Shown here: piece after piece, positions 1-13,130 of the stretch | How positions within the stretch are numbered: the first letter of the stretch is position 1 | Layout: the number at the start of each line of letters is the position of its first letter | Origin: Octopus vulgaris | Taxonomy: Eukaryota | Reading direction: 5' to 3' | Length of the DNA stretch: 64,000 nt | Assembly (NCBI GenBank): GCA_951406725.2 | Contig: OX597824.1 | Span: forward strand, 70,556,001 to 70,620,000 | The notes under the pieces: generated by a model | What the model saw: the letters and a program-made list of their open reading frames with translations, nothing else | What the model was told of the DNA's origin: nothing | Database searches by the model: none | Position numbers and translations under genes: made by a program

Positions 1-205
1 GCCTGTCATGTATATGTGTGTGTGTGTGTATCTATGTGTATGTGCTTTGTGTTCACCCCTCCCCCCACTGCTTGACAATAGAATAAGTGCTAGACTTGAA
101 AAATATAAGTACTGGGGTCAATTTGCTCAGCTGAAACTCTTCAAGTTGGCACCCCAGCATGGCCACAGTCAAATGACTGAAACGTATAAAAGATTAAAAA
201 AATAA
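1..205 (+). mobile_element. 3' part of major tRNA-derived SINE (family A)
   Basis: Matches the 3' half of other copies (cttgacaa...gaataagtactggggtc...ccagcatggccacagtcaaatgactgaaac). Confidence 0.8.
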
Positions 206-1293
206 GGTATCTTTGTTCATGTGTCTGGTTGATGAAGGCTGTCTTGGGGTTAAACATGATCTACAACCTGATCACATCCAAACAGTAATGGAGCTTCTAT
301 GCAATTGGTGGACCTACTAAAAATAATAGCCAAGTCCCTTTCTAATCACATGCTAATTTAACATCTTAAAAATAAGGGGAGAACACTTGGATAATGTAAC
401 ACTCTTGTAGCCTCCAAAAAATATCAAACATGGGATGGATAGTGATAGAACAGAATGGATTTTGATAATAGGTGTAATGGGTCAGTGGTGAGCTGAACCT
501 AAGCAAGTATATGTAAAACTGAGCTAATGAGAAAGCTTCTATGCTGTGTTCAACCAGTTAGGAATAGCAGCTATAGCCCCCTTAGCCATTTTGAGATCAC
601 CCTGCCAGGGACTGTCTCTGGTTTTATGACACAAACTTGAGGTTTTAAAGTGGTCTAAGTTAAAATTTTCCGTCAGAATTTCGTGTTAATTTATATTCCA
701 AACATCTACTTAATAATGGTTTCAAATTTTGGCACAAGGTCAGCAACTTTAAGGGAGGCAATTAAGTCTATTACATTGACCCAGTGCTCAACTAGTACTT
801 ATTTTATAAAACCTAAAAGAATGAAAGGCAGAGTCGACCTTAGTGGAATTTGAACTCAGAATGTAAAGACATGTGAAATGCAACTAAACGTTTTGTACAA
901 CTTGCTAATGATTCTGCCAGTTTGCCACCTTACATCTGCTTAATAATGACAGTTATTTTACTAAATTCTTCAGTATTTTCTAAATTATTTGAAACAAACC
1001 CAATTCATTTTGACAGAAATCTGGTAATGAAAGAATTAAATCATGTGAATAGGCATCTGGCTTAATGGTTAGGGCTGATAGACTCCTGATCATTAGCTCG
1101 TGTGTGTGATTCCCGGGTGAAATCGTATATTATATCCTTGAGCGAGACATTTTGGTTGAAATGAGTACTATTTGATAGGTAGTACAACCCTGTCTTTTCC
1201 CATCACCCTAGCTGCTACATCCTCAGTGTTATGCTGAGTCAAATGTGTGAGGGCTAAGAGAGTGTCTACGTTAGCTTGTGGCTACAAGCTAAT

Positions 1294-1649
1294 GGGTGCT
1301 GAAAAGTTCCTGGCTTTAAGGGTATCGTGAAAGGCCTGGCTGGAGGCCCAACCTTCTGTGTTCTTTTACAGGACTTAGAAAATCTGAATGACTGCTTCAG
1401 TTAGTGTGTGAATCTGAGAAAGGAATATACTCTCTTTACTCTTTTACTTGTTTCAGTTATCTGACTATGGCCATGCTGGAGCACTGCCTTTAGTTGAGCA
1501 AATCGACCCCGGGACTTATTCTTTGTAAGCCTAGTACTTATTCTATCAGTCTCTTTTGCCAAACCACTAAGTTACGGGGACGCAAACACCAGCATCGGTT
1601 GTCAAGCGATGTTGGGGGGACAAACACAGACACACAAACATATACATAC

Positions 1650-1710
<61 letters not shown>

Positions 1711-1956
1711 CACAATGGACTTCTTTCAGTTTCCGTCTACCAAATCCACTCACGAGGCTTTGGTTTGCCTGAGGCTATAGCAGAAAACACTTGCCCAAGG
1801 AGCCACACAGTGAGAATGAACCCAGAACCATGTGGTTAGTTAGCAAGCTACTTACTACACAGCCACTCCTGCGCCTATGTTGAATAAAATCATAATTAAC
1901 TGATCCTCCTGTATTTTTTTTTTTTTAACCCAAAGCCAGGAACTTTTCAGAACCCC
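1294..1956. mobile_element. Tc1/mariner-derived MITE with a SINE inserted
   Basis: TIRs gggtgctgaaaagttcctggcttt and aaagccaggaacttttcagaaccc. The interior resembles a mariner transposase C-terminus (CVNLRKE|YVE*) split by the SINE. Confidence 0.75.
1430..1878 (-). mobile_element. Full-length family A SINE (tRNA head, CORE-like segment, internal (TA)n/(CA)n)
   Basis: Minus-strand head ggcgcaggagtggctgtgtagtaag...gggttcattc, then ccttgggcaagtgt. About 20 further copies occur in the window. Confidence 0.9.
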
Positions 1957-3189
1957 ATCATATGCAGCTAAAGCATGGTACATACCCTCTAAAAATACTC
2001 ACTTATCACTTACAACTGTTTAATATTGGGTACTGGTTAATGGGGGGCTAGTTTAAATAGGAAGGGCATCCAGCCGTAGAAACACTGCCAGATCAGACTG
2101 GGCCTGGCGCAGCCTTCTGGCTTCCCAGACCCCAGTTTAACCGTCCAACCCATGCTAGCATGGAAAACAGACGTTAAACGATGATGATGTTGATATATGA
2201 AAAATAGATGGAAAGCATTAACAAGAATACCTTTGATTGTAGTTCTTGCTGGAGTGGGGTCGACTTGTGTGACAGGCCTGAATAACGTTAGACTACATAG
2301 GAAATATATTCTGTGGATTTGTATTGTGAAGAACCTATCCCAGTTAGTATGAAACGATTAAAAATTGGCAAACAAGGAAGTAGTGTAATGAGACTGATAA
2401 TTAGTTTCTTAGAAAATATATCTAATGTTTTAGACTAGAAAGAAATAAAAATTTATTTGTCAGATAAAATAGCAAATTTTTTCTTTGAAATTGGTGCAAT
2501 CAATGCAGTTATCTGCTTGTGTGTGTGTGTGTATGTATGTATATATATATACATAACATACAAAGTGGTGTCACTTGGTTTAAAGACAAGTACACTGATA
2601 ATTAAACGTTAATTATTTCCGTCAATTTAATCACTTATGATTCAAACAATTTAACAGTGGGAAGACAAATATCCTTTTTAATTCTTATGAATGACGTACG
2701 TAAATTAAATGTAAGAATTTCAATGAGCATAATGCAATTACTGATAGTTTTAATAAAGCCACAAAAATGAATTTAGATTTATTGTAAAAAAAAAAAAGAA
2801 GTGATCTTAATTTTAAGAGTTGGTCTTACACTTCATCTAAGACAAACTATTTACTATTTCGTTATAAACTCCTAAGACCTGCTGTGATAGATGTCGTCTG
2901 AGACACAACCGAGGCTTGTCCAACAGTAGACCCTGAAATGGACTTTTAAAGCCATGATTACTCTTGTTAAATATTCAGTAGCTGTTGAGCACCTTGTGAT
3001 GGGCAGCCATGTAAAACTACTTCTGAAAAGCTGGACTTATAACTTCATGATTTGTCAATGAAAACTGAGGAAAACAACCACTATTTTGAATGATCTTTGG
3101 CAAAAAGAGCACAAATAAATTGGTGTCACTAACATCAAAAAATTGACTACTGCAGTTTGGGTGTGTGGTGTATGTTGTGCATGCATGTG

Positions 3190-3346
3190 TGTATTCTCTC
3201 TGTTTATTTTCTCTCATTCCTTTCTGTTGAAGAGCGTAGGCTCGAAATGTAAAAGACTTTCTTACTTTCCTGAGTGTCAAACTAATATACCTGCTTGTTG
3301 TTCATACACATCTCTTCGTCTTTTGTTTTTCTGTAAATTTCAACTA
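3190..3346 (+). mobile_element. (TA)n-adjacent Penelope-type terminal fragment with a degenerate hammerhead motif
   Basis: cttt-CTGTTGA-A-GAGC-gtag-GCTC-GAAA-TG-TA-aaag at 3220-3255. Homologous to 52030-52190 (minus strand). Confidence 0.6.
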
Positions 3347-3362
3347 TATATATATATATATA

Positions 3363-3745
3363 CTAGCAGTATCGCCCGGCGTTGCTCAGGTTTGTAAGGG
3401 AAATAACTATAAAGCATTTTTAGAGAGTTATAGCCAAAAAATAGCAAAAAAATGGGGAAAAAATGATGGTAAATTTTTTTGAGAGTTAAAAAAGGTGGAG
3501 TTGCGTCCCCTAGACGGTCTGTGGTTTGGGTTTCTGATTCTCGACCCCATGTCGAATTTATCGATTTTTTTCAGAACTGGGGGAACTTTTCAAAATTTTC
3601 GCTGCGTTAGTTTTGAATTATGACATTGGGCTATGTGTGTGTCAAGTTTCATCAGAATCGGTTGAAAGCCGTGGTCAGAGTGAGGGTACGAGAAAACAGA
3701 CACACAGAAAACGCACAGACAAACTGCCGTTTATATAGAGAGAGA
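3363..3745 (-). mobile_element. Non-autonomous Helitron
   Basis: On the minus strand it begins A|TC and ends with a GC-rich hairpin (cctgagcaacgccggg) about 8 nt before CTAG|T. No TSD; inserted in (TA)n. Confidence 0.75.
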
Positions 3746-3894
3746 TATATATATAATACAAATAAGAAAATGGAAAAACAATTTAGTTGGTTCATCAGCT
3801 TTCGGATATTAGAATGTTGACTTATTTATTCATTTAACAAAAATGAGAACCTTAATAGCATACATGTATGCTATTAAGGTTCTCATTTTATATA

Positions 3895-4265
3895 TCAGGC
3901 ATGGCTGTGTAGTGAGAAGTTTGCTTCCCAACCACATGGTTCTAGGTTCAGTCCCACTACGTGCCACCTTGGGCAAGTGTCTTCTCTTATAGCCTCGAGA
4001 CAACCAAATCCTTGTGAGTGGATTTGGTAGATGGAAACTAAAAGAATTCCGCCATACATAGATGTATTTGTGTGTGTGTGGCTCTTCACGTCTGTGTTTG
4101 TCCTCCACCACTACTGGACAACCAGTGTTGGTTTGTTTACATCCCCGTAATGTAGCAGTTTGGCAAAAGAGACCAATAGAATAAGTACTGGGTTGGGTTG
4201 ATTCATTCAACTAAAAACATTCTTCAAGGCAGTGCCCCAGAATGACCGCAGTCTAATGACTGAAT
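3895..4265 (+). mobile_element. Family A SINE
   Basis: ggcatggctgtgtagtgagaag...ggttcagtcccac...caccttgggcaagtgtc...ctaatgactgaa. Confidence 0.85.
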
Positions 4266-4476
4266 CAAATATTATATAGTCCTCTATACCACTTCACTTA
4301 TATAATGTCACATCTTTTATATAATGTCACATCTGTAATGTCACATAATGTACCATCTTCCCTCTTAGTCCTGTCTCTCTCCTCTAGTGCAAGATAGCTT
4401 TTTCTGCCCCTCCATTATATTTCAACTTCAGATCACATGGCACAAAGCTGCTTACCTCAGTACAGCTCTCCTATTT

Positions 4477-4667
4477 TACACTTTTACTTGTTTGTCATTT
4501 TGACTGTGACCATGCTGGAGCACTGCCTTTTAATAGTCTGTAAGCCTGGTATTTATTCTATCGGTCTCTTTTGCCGAACTGCTAAGTTATGGGCAACGTA
4601 AACACACCAAGATCAGTTGTCAAGCAATAGTGGAAGGACAAACACGGACATAAACACACTAATATAA

Positions 4668-4703
<36 letters not shown>

Positions 4704-4875
4704 GTATGTATATAGGACAGGCTTCTTTCAGTTTCTGTCTACCAGATCCACTCACAAGGCTTTGGTTGGCCCGAGGCTATAGTAGAAGACACTTAACCAA
4801 GTTTCCATGCAGTGGAACTGATCTCGGAACCATGTGGTTGGTAAGCAAGCTTCTTACCACACAACCACTCCTGTA
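4477..4875 (-). mobile_element. Family A SINE
   Basis: Reverse-complement match to the family consensus seen in this window. Confidence 0.85.
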
Positions 4876-5943
4876 CCTTGGCGATCTTTCTGGTTCCACA
4901 CACACACACACACAAACAAAAAACATGGTGCTCTTTTGAACTAAGTAGTTGGTGTTAGAAAGGGCATCAAGCCATAGAAACCATGCCAAAGCAGACAGTT
5001 TGGCTCAGTCCTCTGGCTTGCTTCTCTTGCTCTTGCCAAACTGTCCAACCCATGCCAGTACGAACAGAGGATGTTAAATGACAATGATACATGCATGTCT
5101 CTGCTTGCATATGTTGCATGCATGTGTGTGTGTGTGTATATGTACACGTGTGTATGAATGTGCGTGTATGTATGTACACATGTGTATGAATGTGTGTGGG
5201 CTTAGTTATGGGTTGTAGGGTAGGTAGGAAGATATCAAGGTAGATGGTTGGGAAGAATGGATTGATAAACAGTCTTTGTTTTCCATTGTTTAAAAAAAAA
5301 AACATTTGAAAAAATATATAAAAGACAATGGAAATGGCCAAGCTAAATGTGTGTGTGTGTTTGTAATAAATATATATATATATATATTTATATATATGTG
5401 TGTGTGTGTGTGTATGTATAATTTTCAAATTTTGTATATTTTTTTAGTTTTGTTTTATTTACAATGTGTCTCCCTCAGTTTTTCATTTTCTTTTCCTCTG
5501 CCCCCCCCCTCCACTGAATCTCCTCCTCTTGATGCCTCAATCACCATGTCCCTTCTCCCTCCTCCCCTCCCCCACAGTTCTTTGTTCTTTTCCTGTCATC
5601 TATGACAGTGGATTGGTGTCAGTGCCTTTTTAAAATATATTTTTTTTTATTGAACACACACACACAATATATATGTGTGTATGTATGTGTGTGTGTATAT
5701 ATACATACATACATACAAACATGTATTTCTGTGTGTGAATATGTGAATATATGAAGTTGTGTGTGTATATATATGTAAATACCTGTTTGTGTGTGTGTGT
5801 ATGTATATATATATATATATGTATAAATATATGGATATATGTATGTGTATATCTTTAAATATGTGCATGTATGTATATGTGTGTGCACATACACATGTAC
5901 ATGTATGCATTTGTGTATGCTATGTATATATTTATGTCTATCC

Positions 5944-5993
<50 letters not shown>

Positions 5994-6229
5994 TTGTTTC
6001 TGTGAAGCCAAAACAATGCGAGTCAATGGTTTGTACTTTTATATTATAGATTTAGACACCCCCACCCCACCACGCAACTCTTCAGGAAAAAGACATTGAA
6101 GATTTGGTGTTGCAAGTTAGCTTTTCTATAGAGCATGTGCACATGCGTTTATATGGAAGGTGGAAGCTTAGCTTTGCATGTGCAAGATAGCATTTCTGTA
6201 ATAACCAATCAGCTTCATGCAGCACAGTA

Positions 6230-6800
6230 CTGTTTATAAAGGATTTGGTATTGCTAATGATGATGGCATCTTTATTCTGAGGTTTCCCTGTGTTTCATTC
6301 TCTAATGTCAATGGAAAGCTGGATGTCATGGGCATGGCATTTCTGCAGGTGTTCTTTTTCGATGGAAGAAGCATCACCATTAGAAGTGTTGTTTAACATA
6401 GATGTACACCTGTCTGATAGTACTTAATTTAGGATTCCTTGCATTTACTACATGTAGTTTTATACATCATGTAGGACCAAAGACATGTGTTTTCATTGTT
6501 GATCAGGCAAACTGAACAATGTGCATATGACATTGCTATATGTTGGTCTATTTTTAGTTAGTGACCTCCTTGGAGAGGGTCCAGAGTGTGCCAACTATAT
6601 ATCTAATCCTTCCCTATGGTAGACAGCAGCAACTGTTTTCTGATTATAGTGGAGCTCTTTAAAAAAAATATATATTCACTGGATATATTTGGGTTTTCTT
6701 AAGTAGTGTAATTTCATCCTGGAATTTGGTGAAAATCTGGATTGCCAGTTTTGATAAAGACTTTTCAGGATTGCATGGTACTGGTCTTTTTGACTCTTGC
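6230..6800 (-). pseudogene. Penelope-like element GIY-YIG endonuclease relic
   Basis: Minus-strand frameshifted translation CLWSYMMYKTTCSKCKES*I/STIRQVYIYVKQH ... NLRIKDAIIISNTKSFINS resembles the PLE pattern VVYKITC..C...YIGST.R.L..R..EH ... EA..I....P.IN. Confidence 0.6.
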
Positions 6801-6914
6801 TTTGCTACATTTATTTCATATTCTGTGAATCACATTTTTCTTTTTTATGTAGATCATCATGGCTCTGATTGTTAGGGATAAATTGTAATGCACAAATAGC
6901 CCCCTACATGCCAC

Positions 6915-7748
6915 ATGTGTAGCTACTAGAAGAAGAATAGCCTGGGCAAAGTTCAGAGAGCTCCTACCTCTGCTGGTGACAAAGGGCCTCTTGCTCAGAG
7001 TAAAAGGTAGACTGTATGATGCACGTCTACAAACAACCATGCTACATGGCAGTGTAACATGGGCCATGACTGCTGAGGACATGCGTAAGCTTGCAAGGAA
7101 CAAAGCCAGTATATGTCACTGGATGTGTAATGTCAGTGTGCATACTTGACAGAGTGTAAGTGCCTTGAGAGAAAAGTTGGACCTAAGAAGCATCAGATGT
7201 GGTGTGCAAGAGAGATGACTGCGCTAGTATGGTCATGTGGTGTGAATGGATGAGGATAGCTGTGTGAAAAAGTGTCACACCCTAGCAGTTGAGGAACCTG
7301 TGGAAGAGGTAAACCCAGGAAGACCTGGGTTCAGGTGGTGAAGCATGACCTTTGAACATTAGGCCTCACCGAGGCAATGACTAGTGACCGAGACCTTTGG
7401 AAATATATTGTACTTGAGAAGACCCGGCAAGCCAAGTGAGACCATAACCCATGGCCTATGCCAGTGGTGTAACCAGCCCATTTATGCGTACCTTTCCTTC
7501 ATAGGACACTAAACTCTGCTTGTGAAGACCTGTTGAGACAAGTGAAATCAAAATTAAATTTGATGACAGCACCGCATGACTAGCATCTGTGCTAGTGGAG
7601 TGCTAAGAGCACCATCTGAGCGTGATCATTGCCAGGGCTGCTGACTGGCCCCCGTACCGGTGGCACGTAAAACGCATCATTTGAGCGTGATTGTTACCAG
7701 CGTCGCCTTACTAGCACTTGTTCCGGTGGCATGTGAAAAACAACATCT
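6915..7748 (+). mobile_element. RTE-clade LINE 3' fragment (degraded ORF end plus 3' UTR)
   Basis: Translates RRIAWAKFRELLPLLVTKGLLLRVKGRLYDA...LREKLDLRSIRCGVQER...EKTRQAK*. Near-identical to 30325-30900. Confidence 0.9.
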
Positions 7749-8499
7749 ATCAACAGTGTTGATAGGTGAGTGGGTGGCCTATATCAGATGTTATACTTTG
7801 AAGACTTCCACACCCTAACAAAGGATGAAGACTTTTCAACCACATTGATATAACAAACAAGACACAGTACATTACATCAAAAACTAACAAGGGGTCAGTC
7901 AGTGTGGTGAAAAACATCCTAGTTCTAACTGCTTGAAAAAGAGGAGGAGAAAGGAGGTGTGTAAAGGATAAGAATACTAGTGAAAAAACCAAAAGAATTG
8001 TTGGTTTAGTAATTAAGTTACTCGAGACAGACCTAGTTTTACAGACACTCCTCTGTAATATTTGCTATCAGAAATGCAGTGAATTTAAATCAACAATGCT
8101 ATTTATCACAAATTGTGTTATAAAGAAAATAAGTAACTTGAATGAGAACCACTGACAGGATGGAAGAACAAGATTTTACTTCTTTTTGTACTGTCCTGTC
8201 TGAAACTACCTCTGGTTCTGCAATGAAAACTGCTCCTTTTTAAGTGATCCAATGTAAAACCTTTCACCAGAATTTCCTGTTAATTTAAGTTCCAAACACT
8301 GGTATAATAATCCTTTCTACTGTAGGTAGGCACAAGGTCAGCAATTTTGGGGGAAGGCAGTAGTTGATTAACTCAATCTCAATACTTGATTGATACTTAC
8401 TTAATTGTCCCTAAAAGAATGAAAGACAAAGTCGACCTCAGCAGAATTTGATCTTAGAATGTCTGACGTGCTAATAGCTCTTCTTGCTTGCCACCTTGC

Positions 8500-8831
8500 G
8501 GAGACCCCCTTCGGTCATGACTGACCATGGGATTGCACGCAGGAAGTTACTCTCCGAGGCACAAGTCTGGGCAAGGTCGTTTATGGAAGACCAGCAATCG
8601 CCCATACATACTGGCCTTCCCTCTCCATGCCACCAGTGTTATCCAAGGGAAAGGCAAAGCCAATACAGCTTGGCACCTGTGACATCGCAACTCATTTCTA
8701 CAGCTGAGTGAACTGGAGCAACGTGAAATAAAGTGTCTTGTTCAATAACACAACACGCAGCCCGGACTGAGATTGACACACAACCTCACGATCATAAGCT
8801 CGATGTCTAACCACTGAGCCATGTGCCTTCA
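8500..8831 (-). mobile_element. tRNA-derived SINE (family C)
   Basis: Minus-strand head gaaggcacatggctcagtggttaga; body ends ...gtcatgaccgaagggggtctc. Other copies at 47740, 51132 and 60225. Confidence 0.85.
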
Positions 8832-9305
8832 TACTTAAACACACCTTAAACACTAGCATAATAATGATTTCAAATTTTGGCACATGGCTAGAACTTTCAG
8901 GGAAGGGACTAGGTCGATTACATTGACCTCATTACTCAACTGGTACTTATTTTATTGACTCCGAAAACATGAAAGGCAAAGTCAACCGCGTCAGAATTTG
9001 AACTCAGAATGAAAAGACAAATGCCGCTAAGTTTTTTGCTCAGCATAGTAACAAATCTGCCGGTTCATCATTTTAAATACTAACATAATAACGACAATTC
9101 TTTTGATAAGTTCTTCATTGTTTTCAGAATTAATCAAAATAAAAGCAGTGTCTTTCAACAGAAATTTACTATAATAATACTCTTGTGTTTTTCTCTGTCG
9201 CAACATATGAATGAAGAAGGAAGGGGTGATAGATGAATGAGGAAAGAAGGGATGATGGCAAAGTGGTAGTGGGATGATGGAAATACTATGGTGAAACAAA
9301 AATAC

Positions 9306-9526
9306 AAAAATCAAACAGCATTTCAACTCTGTGTGAGTATATGTGTGTGTGTATATGTAAAAGGGAGGTATGTGAATGTTTGTGTGTGTGTGTGTGTGTG
9401 CAATGGAAGTGGGATGGTGAACATTCAACACTGAAAAAAAAAATCAAACCGCTTTTCAACTCTGTGTGAGTATACGTGTGTGTTTGTGTGTGTACAAGGG
9501 AAGTATGTGAATGTTTGTATGTGTGA
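9306..9526. repeat. Diverged tandem duplication (period ~133 bp)
   Basis: aaaatcaaac.gc.tttcaactctgtgtgagtata...aaggga.gtatgtgaatgtttgt occurs twice. Confidence 0.8.
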
Positions 9527-9899
9527 TTATTATGTACCTTATTTTGTTCCTTATTTATATATAAAATATTACAATTAGCTGTCGTTTTTGACGACACGGG
9601 GGCCAACCAGTATAGTAATATAAAAGTTAAACTATGAAGATGTTAGCACAAAATTTGAGACAGGAAAGAGAAGTGGGTCTTTGGACAGCATGAGACAGTT
9701 ATGTTGGCTCATGTCCTGTCACACAACTTATTGCTTGGTTTTCTTTTTTTCTTCTTTGTCTTGAATTGGTGCTTATAATATTTAGTATCACTTATGTTGT
9801 AAATCTATTTCTTCTATATGCAAGTAAATTCTGCTTGGTACGACACTAGATGCAACCAAAGTGGACTTTGCCAGAGCACATTAACTTGTGCCTTTCTGA

Positions 9900-10603
9900 G
9901 GCAGAAGTTCTGAGTTCAGATTCCACCGAGGTTGACTTTGCCTTTCATCCTTTCAGAGTTGATAAATTAAGTACCAATGAAACACTGGGGTCGATGTAAT
10001 CGACTAACTCCTGCCTCCAAAATTTCAGGCATTGTGCCTATAGTAGAAAGGTTTATTATTATTATTATTATTATTATTCATCTGTCCTTATGTTTTGAGT
10101 TCAAATTCCGCTGTGGTTTACTTTGCCTTTCATCCTTTCAGGGTCGATAAATTAAGTAGCAGTGGAGCACTAAGGTCGATGTAATCAACTACCCCCTACT
10201 CCAAATTTCAGGCCTTGTGCCTTTAATAGAAAGGGTCACCATTATTATTATCAAAAAGGCAGTGTGCTGGCAGAATCGTTAGCACACTGGGTGAAATGCT
10301 TAGCTGTATTTCACCCATCGCTACATTCTGAGTTCAAGTTCAACTGAGGTTGACTTTGCCTTTCATGCTTTCAGGACCAATAAAATAAGTACCAGTTGAG
10401 CACTGGGATTGATGTAATCGATTATCCTCCTCTCCCAAAATTGCTGCCCTTGTGGCAAAATTTGAAACCATTTAAGGCGGCAAGTTGGCAGAATCGGTTG
10501 CATGTCGGGCAAAATGCTTAGCGGCATTTTGTCTGTCCTTCAGTGTAATTAGCTTACCAACTCCCCCTCCCCAAATGCCGACCTTGTGCCAAAATTTGAA
10601 ATC

Positions 10604-10634
<31 letters not shown>

Positions 10635-11020
10635 AAGCAGTGTGCTGGCAGAATTCTTAGTATGTTCGGCAAAATGCTTTGTGGCATTTCTTCCTGCTTT
10701 TATGTTTTAAGTTTACATATCAGCAAGGTCGACTCTTTCTTTCATCATTTCGGGGTTGATAAAATAAGTACCAGTTAAGTGCTGGGGGGGTCAATGTAAT
10801 TGATTCCCTCCTTCCCCCACAAAAACTACTAGCCCTGTGCCAAAACTGTTCTGCGCTCAAATCCTGCTGAAGTCAACCTTGCCTTTCCTCCTTTCAGGGT
10901 CATTGAAATAAGTACCAGTTGAATACTGGGGGAGGGGTGTGTGTCAATGTAATTGATTAGCACCCTACCTCCACCCAAAAATTTCAGGCCTTGTGCCTAT
11001 AGTAGAATGGATTATTATTT
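9900..11020 (+). mobile_element. Head-to-tail cluster of about 6 family B SINEs (Nin-domain-like)
   Basis: Repeated gagttcaaattccgccgaggtcgactttgcctttcatcctttcggggtcgataaattaagtacc-type units with (TTA)n tails. Confidence 0.85.
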
Positions 11021-11943
11021 ATTTCTCCCTGTGTCTCATTTCTTACTTCCAATTCTAACATGTGGTCGATGTATGCCTTATAGAAAAAGAATTTCAGGTG
11101 GGAGGTTGTGGAGTAGAAGAGCGGAACAGCCAAAACTAGAATTGAATTCTTTCTTTTCAACATATTCTTTTGATGTGTGTGTGTGTGCATGTGTTTGTGT
11201 GTTTGTTTTTATCCCTAAAGGATTCCAAAGATACCATTTCGCTTTTTTTTCTTCTTTTTCTCTTTCTCTATCTCTGACTCTTTTGTTGTTTGTTTTTGTT
11301 AAAATTCTTTATATTCACAGAATTCAAAATGCCAGAAATGTCAGTTTTGGAAATATATGTGCGTGTATGCCTCTCGGTCCTTTAGAAAGACAAAGAAAAA
11401 TGCGAAAATATAATAAAAACAACTTATGATTTTCCATTGTATGATCTTGTCTCTGTATGCGTATACGCATACACATGTGAATATACATTATAAGAGGATG
11501 TGTAGCTTTGATTATAGCTCTTTCTCTGTGTGTGTGTGTGTGTGTGTGTATGTGTGTATAGACATACACATTCACATACATAAGAGTATGTATCTGAGTA
11601 TTGCTACATCTCTTTCTTCCTCTTTCTTTCTCTCTCCCTCTCTATGCTTCTCTCGCTCTATCTGTATGTGTGTGTGTTTTATATATTTGGCAGTAATATG
11701 GCAAAACTAGTAAAGCATTCGACTCTATGTCTTGAGTTCAAATCATTCCTTCAGCTGTAATTCACTTTCTGTTGCTGTGGTGATGGTATTGGTGGTGGTG
11801 GTAGTGGTGGTGACAGAGGAGGCAGTCCTGGTTCAATAAAACGAGTACCAATAATTTTCATGGGATCAGACCTGCCAGTTGTGAGAAAGTTTAGCCCTGT
11901 GATAAAACTAAAGAATCTCAAGCCAGTGAGGAAGCCTTTACAT

Positions 11944-12262
11944 CAGGGCTGGCTAACCTGAGCCCCACGGGTTGCATGCGACCCACAGACTTTTATCTTT
12001 TCACCTGCTTGATATTTTCTCGACAAGCATTTAAAACCTTTTATAAAAAAATGAAAGATTGTAGTGAAAAGTAAAAAAAAGAAAGATACTACTGTTATTG
12101 CAATGATAATATTTCATGCTGAATCTATGATCATTCATTCATTATTGTAATAATAGCATGAGAAAGCAAAATGCTTTAAATTCTATTAGTATACAAGCAG
12201 CCCTCAAAAAAACTTTCTGTGATTAAGGTGGTCTACAGTGTAATTCGAGTTGGCCAGGCCTA
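11944..12262. mobile_element. hAT-superfamily MITE
   Basis: TIRs cagggctggctaac and gttggccaggccta. Perfect 8-bp TSD ctttacat (11936-11943, 12263-12270). Confidence 0.9.
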
Positions 12263-12444
12263 CTTTACATGATCAATCAGTCTGCTAGAAATAGCAGCCA
12301 GTTTCACCTAAAATCATATTATTTTCAGCAATATTTTTTTTCGTATTCTAGCATGGGTTGTATTACAGTTGGTAATAAATAAGCATCAATGTGAGGAGAT
12401 ATAGTGATTGATTCCCACATACATACATACACATGCATATGTAT

Positions 12445-12857
12445 TCTCTTTTTTTACTCTTTTACTTGTTTCAGTCATTTGACTTTGGCCATGCTGGAGC
12501 ACCGCTTTTAGTCGAGCAAATCGACACCAGGACTTATTCTTTGTAAGCCTATTCTATTCTTTTCATTCTATCTATCTCTTTTGCCGAATCACCAAGTTAC
12601 AGAGATGGAAACACACCAACATCAGTTGTCAAGCGATGTTGGGGGGACAAACACAGATACACAAACATATACTCACACACATACATATATACGATGGGCT
12701 TCTTTCAGTTTCCGTCTACCAAATCCATTCACAAGGCTTTGGTCGGCCTGAGGCTATAGTAGAAGACACTTGCCCAAGGTGCTACGCAGTTGGACTGAAC
12801 CCGGAACCATGCAGTTTGTAAGCAAGCTACTTACCACACAGCCACTCCTATGCCTAT
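12445..12857 (-). mobile_element. Family A SINE
   Basis: Full-length reverse-complement copy. Confidence 0.9.
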
Positions 12858-13130
12858 TATATATGAGTGAAGGCACATCGCTTAGTGGTTAGGGTATTTG
12901 GTTCACAATCATATGGTTGTGAGTTCAATTCCTGGTGGTGCATTGTGTCCTTCAGCAAGACACTTTATTTTACGTTACTCCTGCCCTCTTGGCTGGCAAA
13001 GATGAGCTGTACCTCTAATTCAAAGAGCCAGTCTTTTCACATTGTCATATTGAATCTTCCCTAAGAACTACATTAAGGGGTACACGTGTCTGTGGACTGC
13101 TCTGCCACTGACACATCAATTTCACAGGCT

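Noticed and set aside
2336-2362. TGAAGA...GAAACGATTA hammerhead-like string
   Set aside because: C3 is missing and neither stem I nor stem II pairs convincingly.
2878-2940. Possible minus-strand exon (catttcag|GGTCTAC...GCAG|gt)
   Set aside because: Weak donor, no recognisable peptide and no partner exons.
6110-6178. pre-miRNA-like hairpin
   Set aside because: No proper loop, many bulges, and it lies at the end of a Penelope relic.
7895-7935. QCGEKHPSSNC zinc-knuckle-like peptide
   Set aside because: Too short and interrupted to call; at most a LINE ORF1 relic.
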